Shown here one piece after another: positions 24,649 to 37,116 of a stretch of 64,000 nucleotides of DNA. The stretch covers positions 190,898,001-190,962,000 of the forward strand of contig NC_042997.1 of the NCBI RefSeq assembly GCF_006345805.1. The letters are read 5' to 3'. Under the pieces are notes generated by a model that had not been told where the DNA came from, ran no database searches, and worked only from the letters and a program-made list of their open reading frames with translations. The stretch's first letter is position 1, and every line of letters starts with the position of its first letter. Source of the stretch: Octopus sinensis. Taxonomy: Eukaryota. The position numbers were made by a program, and so were the translations under genes.

Positions 24649-27600
24649 AACAATAACAGTATGGTCATTATTTTGAACGTCGTCGTCATAAGTTTGCCAC
24701 TAAATTCTTTATAATTCTTACTTTTGATCAGTTTTGATTTTTTTCGTTATTGCTCTAATGAAAGAATTTTAATATCTAGTGTCTTTTGTAATTATCTTGA
24801 GAATCCAACTCATCTAGGTGCAAGAAATATATGGCACCCAGTGAAAATGTATACTCTCTTTTACTTGTTTCAGCCATTTAGTCGAGCAAATCGACCCCGG
24901 GACTTATTCTTTGTAAGCCCAGTACTTATTCTATCGGTCTCTTTTGCCGAACCGCTAAGTGACGGGGACGTAAACACACCAGCATCGGTTGTCAAGCAAT
25001 GCTAGGGGGACAAACACACACACATACACATATATACATATATACGACAGGCTTCTTTCAGTTTCCGTCTACCAAATCCACTCACAAGGCATTGGTCGGC
25101 CCGGGGCTATAGCAGAAGACACTTGCCCAAGATGCCACGCAGTGGGACTGAACCCGGAACCATGTGGTTGGTCAGCAAGCTACTTACCACACAGCCACTC
25201 ATACGATTATATCAAATTTTATTTAACATATTTATCAAACTCTGTAAATATACTATTTTAAGAATTTCGGACTTTGGGTATTTCAAGTGGGTTCAGCTGG
25301 TACCAAAAGCTGGTATATCACATTTTGATTACTAAGTACCAGATAGTTTTTTCAAAATGAACCCATCCCATAATTCCTGTCATTATTGATGATGAAGTCT
25401 TCTACTAACCATTTCATGACAGTGTTCCAATTTTAGAATACGTGCTGCTACCAAAGCTGACCTCTTTTTTTTTGAATAACCTTCCTCAATCCTCAGAAGA
25501 GGAGAGGTTGGTAAAAGAAGCCAAACTCGCTATCTTCAGCTAGATTTCTGTACCTTTCCCTACCTAAGGTCATACTTGTTGGATAATGACTGAAATAGTA
25601 TGATCACAAATACAAGCAGCTGAAGTGGGGTGCCTCCAAAAGGATCTCTGGAGTAACACTGTTCAAGAGGGTGCATAGTTCAGAGATCAGGGGGTCTCTC
25701 CAGTTTGAGCTGCTACTTCTCTGCATTAGAAATCACAGCTCTTGTACTATGGACAGGTGATTAGAATTGCATTGGCATTAGGAAGGGCATCCAGCTGTAG
25801 AAATTCTGCCAGATCAGATTGGAACCTGGTGCAGCCATCTGGTTTGCCAGTCCTCAGTCAAATCGTCCAACCTATGCTAGCATGGAAAGCGGACATTAAA
25901 CAATGATGATGATGTTGATGATCAACTGCAAGACGGATTCTGTAAGCCGAGTCAACCAACAGGAGACCTTAGGGTAGACTAAGAATGAGACGGTTAGATA
26001 AAAGAATATAGCTTTCAAAGATATTCTCTCCAAAGACTACACCTTCAGTACCACATGTGTGAACATTTACATTTCAACAATCAAACGTTGCAGGAAAAAA
26101 TGTAATTTTGAAAGAAATTACATAGTGGCTGTGTGTCAAGTAGCTTGTTTACCAACCACATGGTTCCAGGTTCATTCCCACTGCATGACACCTTGGGCAA
26201 GTGTCTTCTAATATAGCCTTGGGCCGACCAAAGCCTTGTGAGAGGATTTGGTAGACGGAAACTGAAGGAAGCCCGTCGTATATATGTATGTGCGTGTATA
26301 TGTTTGTGTGTCTGTGTTTGTCCCCCCAACATTGCTTGACAACCGATGGTGGTGCGTTTACGTCGCCGTAACTTAGCGTTTCAGCAAAAGAGACTGATAG
26401 AATAAGTACTAGGCTTACAAAGAATAAGTCCTGGGGTCGATTTGCTCGTGTACCTCTTTCTCCCAGTCACTTCAACATGTGGAACCATTAGTCCTGACAT
26501 TTTTTCTCTCTCTTGTATTTTTCCCTCTCATCCCTTTTTGTTAAAGTGTGTAAACTCAAAACGTCCAAGACTATTTTCATTCTTCTCGAGCATCAAACTG
26601 ATACACCTTGTTGTTCCCTCACATGTCTGTCTTTTGTTTTCTGTACATTTGAAGCATATATATATATATATGTATATATATAAATGCACAAACGGAAAAC
26701 AGACACAGAAGGTCACCAAATCCCCATCAGTTATCAGCCAGAGGGTCAAATGCAATTTCACACCTTTAACAATATTATTGATCACCTCTGGTACCACTCC
26801 AAGAAGCCACCAGGAAATGGTGAGCCAACAATGTTTGTGTATATGTATATGTATATTTATTTATATATATATATATATATATAATCATTGTTTAACATCT
26901 GCTTTCCATGCTAGCATGAGTTGGACAATTTGACTGAGGACTGGCAAACCAGATGGTTGCACAAGGCTCCAATCTGATCTGGCAGAGTTTCTACAGCTGG
27001 ATGCCCTTCCTAACACCAACCACTCCGAGAGTGTAGTAGGTGCTTTTATGTGCCTCTGGCACGAGGGCAAGTCGAGCGGTACTGGCAACGGCCATGCTCA
27101 AATGGTGCTTTTTACGTGCCACCTGCACAGGAGCCAGTCCAGCAGCACTGGCAACGAATTCACTTGGATGTTTTTTTCATGTGCCAGTAAGGCGACACTG
27201 GTAACGATCATGCTCGAACGGTGCTTTTTACGTGCCACTGGCACAGAAGCCAGTTAGCCGCTCTGGCAACGATCACGCTCAGATGGTGCTTTTAGCGCTC
27301 CATTAGCACAGATGCCAGTCATCGAATTTGATTTCGATTTCACTTGCCTCAACAGATCTTCGCAAGCAGAGTTTAGTGTCCAAGAGATAAGCACCATCCG
27401 TTCGTGGCCGTTTGCCAGCTCTGTCTGGCACCTGTGCGGGTGGCACGTAAAAAGCACCCACTACACTCTCGGAGTGGTTATTGTTAGGAAGGGCATCCAG
27501 CCGTAGAAACACTGCCAGATTTGACTGGGCCTGATGAAGCCTTCTGGCTTCACAGACCCCAGTAGAACCGTCCAACCCATGCTAGCATGGAAAACGGACG

Positions 27601-28694
27601 CTAAACGATGATGATGATGATGATGATATATATCCACCAAATCCACCCACATGTCTCTGATCAGCTGAGATTTCTAGTAGAAGATACATACCCAAGATGC
27701 CATGCAGTGGGACCAAACCAGAGCAATCACACAGCCACAACTGCTTCTTATCCACCCTACTTTAATATATGCATATTTTTCATTCTATTCCTCTAATCTC
27801 CCACCTGCTACTCTATATCTTCTCAGATAATGTCATCTACTTCTTTCTTCACCACTATTTCTCTATGGCTTGTTGCTATTGCAATTTGCCTTGTCATATC
27901 TTATCTCAAAGACCTATCAATGAATGTATATCATATTCCAGGGCCATCATAGCATATAGATATAACAAAAACACTATTTAAATACTTAAGAAGTTATATT
28001 TAAGAAGAGATGTACAGACTATTCTCAAGTTATTCTATTTATTGCATTGTGTCAAATCATATAAGCAGTTGATGCTGTCTGTCTGGTATAGGCAAAAACA
28101 TCTGTCAGTGGGTGTCATCTCTATTACTTATCAATATCTTTACATATTTCGGTGTCAGCCTCTCAATCAATCTCTAAATATTGTTTTAGCTTAACTGTGT
28201 TTATTTAAATATATTGTCTTAATCAGTATCCATAAAAGTTTTCTCTATTTCTCTTTTTATGTGTATGCCTTATATACAAGTGTGTGGTATGTGTGTGTTT
28301 GTATGACTGTGTGTATGTATATATGTGTATCATCATTTTGATTACTAAGTACCAAATATATATATATACATATATACACACACACACACATATATATATA
28401 TACATATACATACACAAATATATATTTGGCAAAACACACAGATTGAATAAGTACTTGGCTTAAAAAGAATAAATCCTAGTAGCACTTTCTTCAACAAAAA
28501 GCGGTGCTCCAGCATGGCCACAGGCGCATGACCAAAACAAGTATAAGAGTTAAAACCTATGCCATTTTAATCCTGAGCAATGTCGGGTATCTTTGCTAGT
28601 ATATATATATAGATATATATAGGACTCGGTCTTTCATCATAGCCTCTGTGAGGCTCAAAGTACAAAGGTTCCTATGACGAAAGGACTTTCATAT

Positions 28695-29218
28695 TTTGAG
28701 CCTCACAGAGGCTATGACGAAAGACCGAGTCCTCTGGAGATATGCTGTGACTTCGAAGACCCGACAAATGAAGTGAGTTCATGCTCGTAGGACAGCCTGC
28801 TGTGCTAACCTTGGATCGTAGAGTGACCCGCTGTTCTTGAGGAGACCTGTTGAGTCAAGTTCGTCAACATCAAAAAATTCGAATGGTAATTGTAGTTAAG
28901 ACACCTGTGCTGGTGACACATAAAAGCACCGTTCGAGCGTGGCAGTTACTAGCGTCGCCTGACTGGCGTCCGTGTCAGTGACACGTAAAAGCACCAACTG
29001 ATCGTGGCTGTTTGCCAGCCTGCTCTGGCTCCTGTGCTGGTGGCACATAAAAAACACCCACTACACTCACGGAGTGGTTGGTGTTAGGAAGGGCAACCAG
29101 CTGTAGAAACACTGCCAAATCAGACTGGAGCCTGGTGCAGCCTCCATGGCTTACCAGACCCCGGTCGAACCGTCCAACCCATGCTAGCATGGAAAATGGA
29201 CGTTAAATGATGATGATA
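28695..29218 (+). mobile_element. RTE-like LINE 3' end (ORF2 tail plus 3' UTR)
   Basis: SLTEAMTKDRVLWRYAV remnant, internal ggcacgtaaaagcacc repeats, 3' end catgctagcatggaaaatggacgttaaa(tga)n. Further tails at ~25770, 26885, 27400, 38640, 41690, 51820, 53278, 55615 and 60790. Confidence 0.7.
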
Positions 29219-31941
29219 ATATATATATGGCTATGTATGTGTGTATGAATGAATGCGTGGGTATGTGTTACTGTTTCCTTGCTTTGACATTACATGATGT
29301 AAGCAAGTGCAAGTGTCATGCAGCTGACATTCTTAATTTCCAATCTTCTGAGGGAGAAATATTACTTCACCTGGAAACAAGTGAGGGTTAGTGACAGGAA
29401 GGGCATGCAGCCATAGAAAAAACCCACCACGACAAATTCTGTCCAACCTGTGTGAGCATGGGAAAGTAAATGTTAAAATGATGCTGATGATGTTGATGAT
29501 GCATAACCACGATATTATTAAAACAGGATTCAGAGATATTGTGGACATTGCTCCACAATCCGAGCATCCAGATAGTAAAATTTTTGTATTTTTTTGTCTG
29601 AGTAAGATAACGGAACTTGCTAAAAATCATGAGACTAATCAAGAAACCATTGTAATTGGTTATTTTTTTGTGTTTTTTTTTCCACTTACTCTTTTACTTG
29701 TTTCAGTTATTTGACCGAGGCCATGCTGGAGCACCGCCTTTAGTCGACCCCAGGATTTATTCTTTCTAAGCCTAGTACTTATTTTATCGGTCTCTTTTGC
29801 CGAACCACTAAGTTACGGCGACGTAAACACACCAGCATCGGTTGTCATGTGATGTTGGGGGACAAACACAGACACACACATACATATATATATACGACGG
29901 GCTTCTTTCAGTTTCCATCTACCAAATCCACTCACAAGACTTTGGTCGACCCGAGGCTATAGTAGAAGACACATGCCCAAGGTGCCACGTAGTGGGACTG
30001 AACCCGGAGCCATGTGGTTAGTAAACAAGTTACTTACCACACAGCCACTCCTACTTAAATACTACTTGACATTAATTTATTTGATATGCAACATTTTATA
30101 ATTTTGAATTGTTAGATTATGTAAATGTAACTTTACTGTCCAAGATTTACACTACATGACCAGTAGAACATATTTTTTGATCCAACAAGAGGGCTTCTGT
30201 ATCAGACATGGGCAAGCTTTGTCGGGAAGTGAGTTGCATGAGGCATGGATCATCATTAGATGGCTTACTCTACTAATAAATCCGAGGTAATTTTTCATTA
30301 AGTGTGCCATTCAGAAAACCTCATGGGCCAGTTTGCCTATGACTGGTCAGTGTGGTACTTGGCCTGCTAGAGTTAACAGCAAAATATTTCTTCATTAAAA
30401 ATAAGGAACACCACATTTTAAAATTCAGTCCTAGATACACTATACCTGAACACTAACATGGGAGGGTCAGAAGTGGAATGGCTTAGATCATAGATTTGCC
30501 CTAAAGGAATGATGAAACTTGACTGGAGAGGTGTTGTATGGGTATGAGGCAGACACCTATTTGCCTGTATGGCAAGTCAGCCCTGTATGACTCCATAATT
30601 TGAATGGTGGTAATGATCTTGAAATGGACTTAGGATTGAATAAGTCAGCTGAACCACTAGGGAGGGTCTTAGTAAAGCCATTGAGAAGAAGGTTCCAAAA
30701 TGGTGTGCACTATCTCTTGATGAGCTTTGAAACCTACTAGCATCTGGTATGCAAAGTTTTCATTTGATTGCACTTGCTTAAGCAAGCTGTTTCTTAGTCT
30801 GTTGTATTTGCTATCAAAACTTCACACCTATCTCTTATCTATTACCTGACTTGTTTCCAGGTGAAGTAATATTTCTCCCACAGAAGATTGGAAATTAAGA
30901 ACGTCAGGTGCATGACACTTGCACTTGCTTACATCATGTAATGTCAAAGCAAGGAAACAGTAACATATACCCACGTATTCATTCATGCATACATGTAGTT
31001 TGTAAGCAAGCTACTTACCACACAGCCACTCCAATGCCTATTGGTGTCATTTGCTAAATTGCTAAGTTATGGGTGAAATAAACAAATCAACATTGGTTGT
31101 CAAGTGGTGATGGGGGGGGGTTCAAACACAACACAAAGATACACACATGATGGGTTTCCACACAATTTCTGTCTACCAAATTCACTTATAAAGCAGTAGT
31201 TGGCTTGGGGCTATAGTAGAAAACACTTGTCCGTGGTGGTGTGCAGTGGTACTGAACCTAAAACCACATGGCAGCAAAGTATGTGCATGTGTTTGTCTTC
31301 CCCACCACTTGACAGCTTGTGTTGGTTTGATTATGTCTCTATATCTTAGATGATCACCTAAGAGACTAATAAGATAAGAAGCAGACTTGGAAAAAAAAAA
31401 AAGTACTGAAGCCAATTAGTTTCACTAAAGCCTTGAAGTGGTGCCCCAGCATGGCTGCAGACGGATGACTGGAACAATGAAAGATAAAAAATACATTCTA
31501 CGTATTATTGTCTTGCCCCAAACCACCCTTGATTCAGCATTTCTAAGATCAAAGGTATTGCATCTGTGAATATCTCATCATTTTTGGTACATAGTATATT
31601 TGGGACTATATCCAATGTGTTCTTTCTTTAAAGATGGCAGTGTATAGGGGCTCTCTCATGCTGCATTAGTGAGTGAGTTTCAATCTGTATATAATAATGA
31701 GTGGTTAAAATATTCACATATTACCTCTTAGATAAAATTCACTAAGAACTTTAGACATGTTCCATCATCATTTAATGTCTGGAAAAAACCCAAGCAGGAG
31801 GTCTTACAAGCAAATAAATGCAAGTCTAAGCTCATTGCAAATGTTTTTGTATTACCCTCTCATCAAAATTAGATAGCTGTTGATGACTATGACCCTAATC
31901 CTCTTTTCAACTACAAACATTTCCACTATTATATGTATTAA

Positions 31942-32340
31942 CCCCTTACCCGGCAGAAACGAATATATGCGTTTTGACCGAAATCGTTTTTTTCTATCTC
32001 TGGCGAGTTAACTCGTCAAAAGATAGACTCGCCAAAATCGACAGCAAACGAGTTCCTTTGTCTATTATAAACTCTTTTTTGACATATACGAGTAGATTCG
32101 CTCACTTTATACGTCTGGCAGTGAGGATTTCTGCCACCTTTCGCTTGAGTAAGGCATTGAAGACCGAGTATGATTTAGTCACCTGGAGACAGTCGAAGGG
32201 TTGGAAGGCACATTTTATGAATAATAAATAAGGTTTGACATATACCTCGAAATCACCATTCAAAACATAGTAAAATAAAACAATTAAAAAATATGTCTGA
32301 AAAAATACATTTATTTTCAAAATAATTGTTGGGTAAGGGG
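31942..32340. mobile_element. piggyBac-type MITE
   Basis: TTAA|CCCCTTACCC...GGGTAAGGGG|TTAA: TIRs plus TTAA TSD. Confidence 0.85.
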
Positions 32341-32645
32341 TTAAAGAGAAAAGCCTCTATGTAGTTGAGTGATATGCTAGAAACAGTAACCAAATTCTTT
32401 CAAATACCATGGGCTGGATGGTTTAACAGGATCTGATAAGCAGACAGCTAACACCAGGCTCCAATCGTCCATTTTTAAAACAGGCAAACAGAGCCTGGAG
32501 TAGCTCTCTGACTTACCAGCTCCAGTTGAACTGTCCAACACATGCCAGCATGGAAAGTGGACATTAAATGATAGTGGTGGTGATAGTGATGATTCTTTTG
32601 ACCTGATTTAATTCAGTTTACTTTTGATGTCCTTTTATATCTTAA

Positions 32646-32866
32646 CCCTTTAGCATTTAAATCGGCCATATCCGGCCAAAAGTATTCTGCCTGTTTTATG
32701 TTCAAATTGGCCAGATCTAGTCTCTCACACCAACCCTACAATATCGTTTTAAAAATTAACAGCTACCTCGTCAAAATCTCATAGCTACAAGATAATGCCT
32801 GATTAGTTCAAAACAATGTGGATGAAAAAACATCAATTTTGGCAGAATAATGTGAACACTAAAGGG
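32646..32866. mobile_element. piggyBac-type MITE
   Basis: TTAA|CCCTTTAG...TAAAGGG|TTAA. Confidence 0.8.
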
Positions 32867-35800
32867 TTAATGAATTTCTTTCTACTGCCAAGAAAGATGA
32901 TGAGTTGTCAGCATCTGTACTTAAGTTTAAAATTTACATCTAGACTTATTTAGATTACTTTTCATTTTACTTTTCTAAATGTAAATTTAACCAATGAAAT
33001 ACTTCGTATACTGAACATTTGCTTATAATTTTCATGAAAAGAACAATAAAAGTATATTGTTATATTTAGTCATACATTTGCAAATTAACCACATGTACAA
33101 TATATCTGGTCTTCAGTTCAGCTTCATTATTATTTTTATTTTAGTGTCCTTTGTCAGACCTCTTTCGTAATCGCACATCCTCCTCAGTACGACCTCCTCA
33201 GTGAGGTCATGCTTTTATGTTTAGTCCATTCTGTCTTTCTGAAGAGGTCTCCGGATGTGTGATGAAAGATTTCAGACAAAGGACACTAAAATGATAATGA
33301 AACTAAAGTGAAGACCAAGTATATAGTGTGAGTGGTTAATTGGCAAAAATATGACCATCCCCAAACATAACAATATCTGCTTCAACGCAATTTCACATCA
33401 GGAATCTTGCACAACAAATACATAAACAGAATAATAAACAATTTGATGTAAGGCTGTGTGGTAAGTAGCTTGCTTACCAACCACATTGTTCTGGGTTCAG
33501 TCCCACTGCATGGCACCTAGGGCATGTGTCTTCTACTAAAGTCTCGGGCCGACCAAAGCCTTGTGAGTGGATTTGGTAGACGGAAACTGAAAGAAGACCA
33601 TCGTATATATGTATATCTATATGTGTGTATTTGTGTGTCTGTGTTTGTCCCCCCAACATCCCTTGACAACCAATGCTGGTGTGTTTACGTCCCCGTAACT
33701 TAGCGGTTCAGCAAATGAGACCGATAGAATAAGTACTAGGCTTACAAAGAATAAGTCCTGGGATCGATTTGCTCGACTACAGGCGGTGCTCCAGCATGGC
33801 CACAGTCAAATGACTGAAAAAGAGTGACAGCTAAGTTCACTTATCATGGCTTTTTGATTGAAACAGTTGAGAATTCTTATTCACAATGTCTTCTTGACAG
33901 TCCTTAGAATTGATTTTTTTATTAACCATAAAACAAATGAAACCAAAGATACAGTTTTTAACAAGGCTTTTATTTTTCTGTTTAATTAACTGCATTAAGA
34001 TGTCTGATTTGATATTTGCCTCTAACACCTTACAGTGGCCTATAATTTAATTCTTGTTTAGCTCCAGTATAGTCCTTATTTGTGGAGGCGCGTGGCTTAG
34101 TGGTTAGGGTGTCAGCATCATGATCGTAAGATTGTGGTTTCGATTCCTAGACCAGGCGACGTGTTGTGTTCTTGAGCAATACACTTCATTTCACGTTGCT
34201 CCAGTCCACTCAGCTGGCAAAAATGAGTAACGCTGCGATGAACTGGTGTCCCATCAAGCTGGGGAACACATATGCCATAGAAACTAGGAAACCAGGCCCA
34301 CGAACCTGGCTAGGCTTTAAAAAGGGCGCATTTATTTTTATTATGGTCTTTATTTAGTATATCTGTAATCGGATGTGCTCCATCCAAAACCAACCCATCT
34401 TTATAAACCTTCCTTTGTTTAATTTTTTTAAAGATGGTAGCATGGGATTTCAAAGAATTTGGTTACTGTTTCTAGCATATCATTCAACTACATAGAGGCT
34501 TTTCTCTTTAATTCATATAATAGTGGAAATGTTTGTAGTTGAAAAGAGGATTACAGTCATAGTCATCAACAACCATCTAATTTTGATGAGTGGATAGCAC
34601 AAAAACATTTGCAATGAGCTTAGACTTGCATTCATTTGCTTATAAGACCTCCTGCTTGGGTTTTTTCTTGCTCTACACACATACATATCCATCCTTCTGG
34701 CTAATTTTACATTTACATGTGGTTTACATTTACACATGGATAATTTGCAAAAAGTATGACTAAATATAATAACATACTTTTATTATTCCTTTTAGTATAC
34801 AAAGTATTTCATTGGTTAAATTTACATTTAAAAAAGCAAAATGAAAAGTAATCTAATTTGATTAAAAGTAATCTAAATATGTCTAGATGTAATTTCAAAC
34901 TTAAGTACAGATGCTGACAACTCATCATCTTTCTTGGCAGTAGAAAGAAATACTTTCTCTACATATACAGGATAGAAAGATACTTGGACAAAAAAAACAT
35001 TTTGTTGTTGTACCCATACAAAACAAAAAAACTTGTAAATTTGTCTATAATTGCTAATTACTTCCAATCAGTTAAGATCAAAAGCCATGAGAGCCACTGC
35101 TTGGTACTGCATCGGGACATTTATTATTATTATGAAGGTAGTGAGCTGGTAGAATCATAAGTACACTGGGCAAAATGCTTAGTGGCATTTTGTCCGTCCT
35201 TACATTCTGAGTTCAAATTCTGCCAGGGTTGACGTTGCCTTTCATCCTCTTGGGGGGTCAATGAAATAAGTACCAGTTATAATTAACTAGTTCCTCCCCC
35301 AAAATTTCAGGCCTTGTACCTTTAGTAGAAATATTAATATTACTTCCAATTTAGCGAAGCCAGAGGTATTGTTTTCAGTCGTGTTTGTTTGACAAGCTAT
35401 CTCAAAAACTGCTGGAGGGATTTGGATGAAACTTTCAGGAACATTTGGCCTCATAACTGACACAAGCTAATTAGATTTTGGGATCGATCTGGTACTGGAC
35501 AAAGATTCTGGATTAATTATATTTACTTTACTTTTACATGATTATGATCTTATGTTAACTTTCAAGTCTTTCTAAATTATCCCCCTTTAGGCTGTAACTA
35601 TTTTGAATGGTGAATTTGTTAACTTTGGTTTGTATTAGATAAGGATAAACTATTTATTACTGTTACTAAACATTCTAAAACCACTTACACATTTCATGGC
35701 AACCATTGGGATTGATCAGGTACTGAACAAAGACCTGGATTATTTTTCGAGTTTTTTTTACTTAATTTTGAGAGTGGTCAGGTTCATTTTTAGTATTCTC

Positions 35801-36377
35801 ATTTGAGAGAGCAATCGAGTTTATTTCAGATATTCTCATTTTAAAAATCATCTCTGGCTAATCGTTGAGAAGATGTTGGTGTTACCTTGACAGAGGTTTG
35901 TGCTCTCTGAGTGCTCTTGTTATCATTATTATTATTATTATTACGACATTTATCATAAAAATCTTTTATCATACAAAAACAATCTTGGTGGTAAAATAGA
36001 CCCTGGCTACCATATTCCACACTGCATGGGTTAACCCTTTAGCATTTAAACTAGACATGTCCAGCCAAAATATTCTACATGCTGCATGTTCAAACTGGCC
36101 AAATTCAGTCTCTCATGCCTACCCTACAATGTCATTCTAAAAACAAACTACCACATCATCTGAATCTTGAACCAACAAGATAATTCCTGATTAATTCAAA
36201 ACTAGTCCCAGGCAGCCTGTGGCCCAAGGGACTTTCTGAATGGCACACCTAACAAAAAAATTACCCTCAGTGTTTTTTTTTTTGTTTTTTTTTTTTATTT
36301 AGTAGTGCAATCCTGCCTAATGAACCATGTTTCATGCAGCTTGCTTCTCAAGAAAGGTTGCCCAATGCCTGGTTTAA

Positions 36378-36643
36378 CCTTTCTGATACCATCCCAGCTG
36401 AAACCACCCCTGGCTCTGTTGTACAAATGTCTTGTTTCCGTAAGTTCTGAATTAAAATCTTCCACCAAACCTTAGTCACAATTTATGTTCCTAACACTAG
36501 CTTAATGTTTAGTAAAATAAACATTAAGCTATTTTACCAGTTTAGTAAAATAACACTAAGATTTTTTACTAAATTCTTTGTTATATTTAAAATTAATTGA
36601 AAGAAACACAGAGCTTCTCAACAGAAATATGGTAACAAAAGGG
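36378..36643. mobile_element. piggyBac-type MITE (family with 42740 and 46504 copies)
   Basis: TTAA-flanked; shared body gtacaaatgtcttg...ccaccaaaccttagtcacaattta. Confidence 0.8.
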
Positions 36644-36848
36644 TTAAATAATGACTGTACAGAAGAAAGTGCATTTTGCTAGGAGAGCAAACTTAAGTAC
36701 AGAATATGTCATGCATAAATCTGTATGCTGCTCTTTGTATCTGATTAATTTTTACTGTACCATAGATATTGAATAAAGCTATCTGATATTGCTCAATACA
36801 GAGATTCCTTGGCTGTTTTTTGTTCATTTTACTCAGTAACATTTAGAC

Positions 36849-37116
36849 CAGTGGTTCTTAAGCTTTTTCATCGTCTTACCCTCTGAGACTCTCCAGGGTA
36901 TTACCGTGACCACTGTAATAGATTTTGTAATGGTCTTGGAATGCAAACTGCCATGGGAGTCTCAGAGCAGGTCATGACACCACTAGCAAACTGCCATGCA
37001 ATACCTCAAATACATGAAATGAGTTACTTTCTCCCAAACCCTCTATACCCCACCCCAGCCCCAAAAAATGACCCACCCCACCCCAGGGGTCACAACCCCC
37101 AGGTTAAGAAATGCTG
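36849..37116. mobile_element. hAT-type MITE
   Basis: CAGTGGTTCTTAA...TTAAGAAATGCTG termini with a perfect 8-bp TSD ATTTAGAC (36841-36848, 37117-37124). Confidence 0.88.

Noticed and set aside
26684-26830. Short ORF TEGHQIPISYQPEGQMQFHTFNNIIDHLWYHSKKPPG in intron 1
   Set aside because: It is bounded by microsatellites with no acceptor, and is not needed for the FKBP15 frame; probably TE debris.
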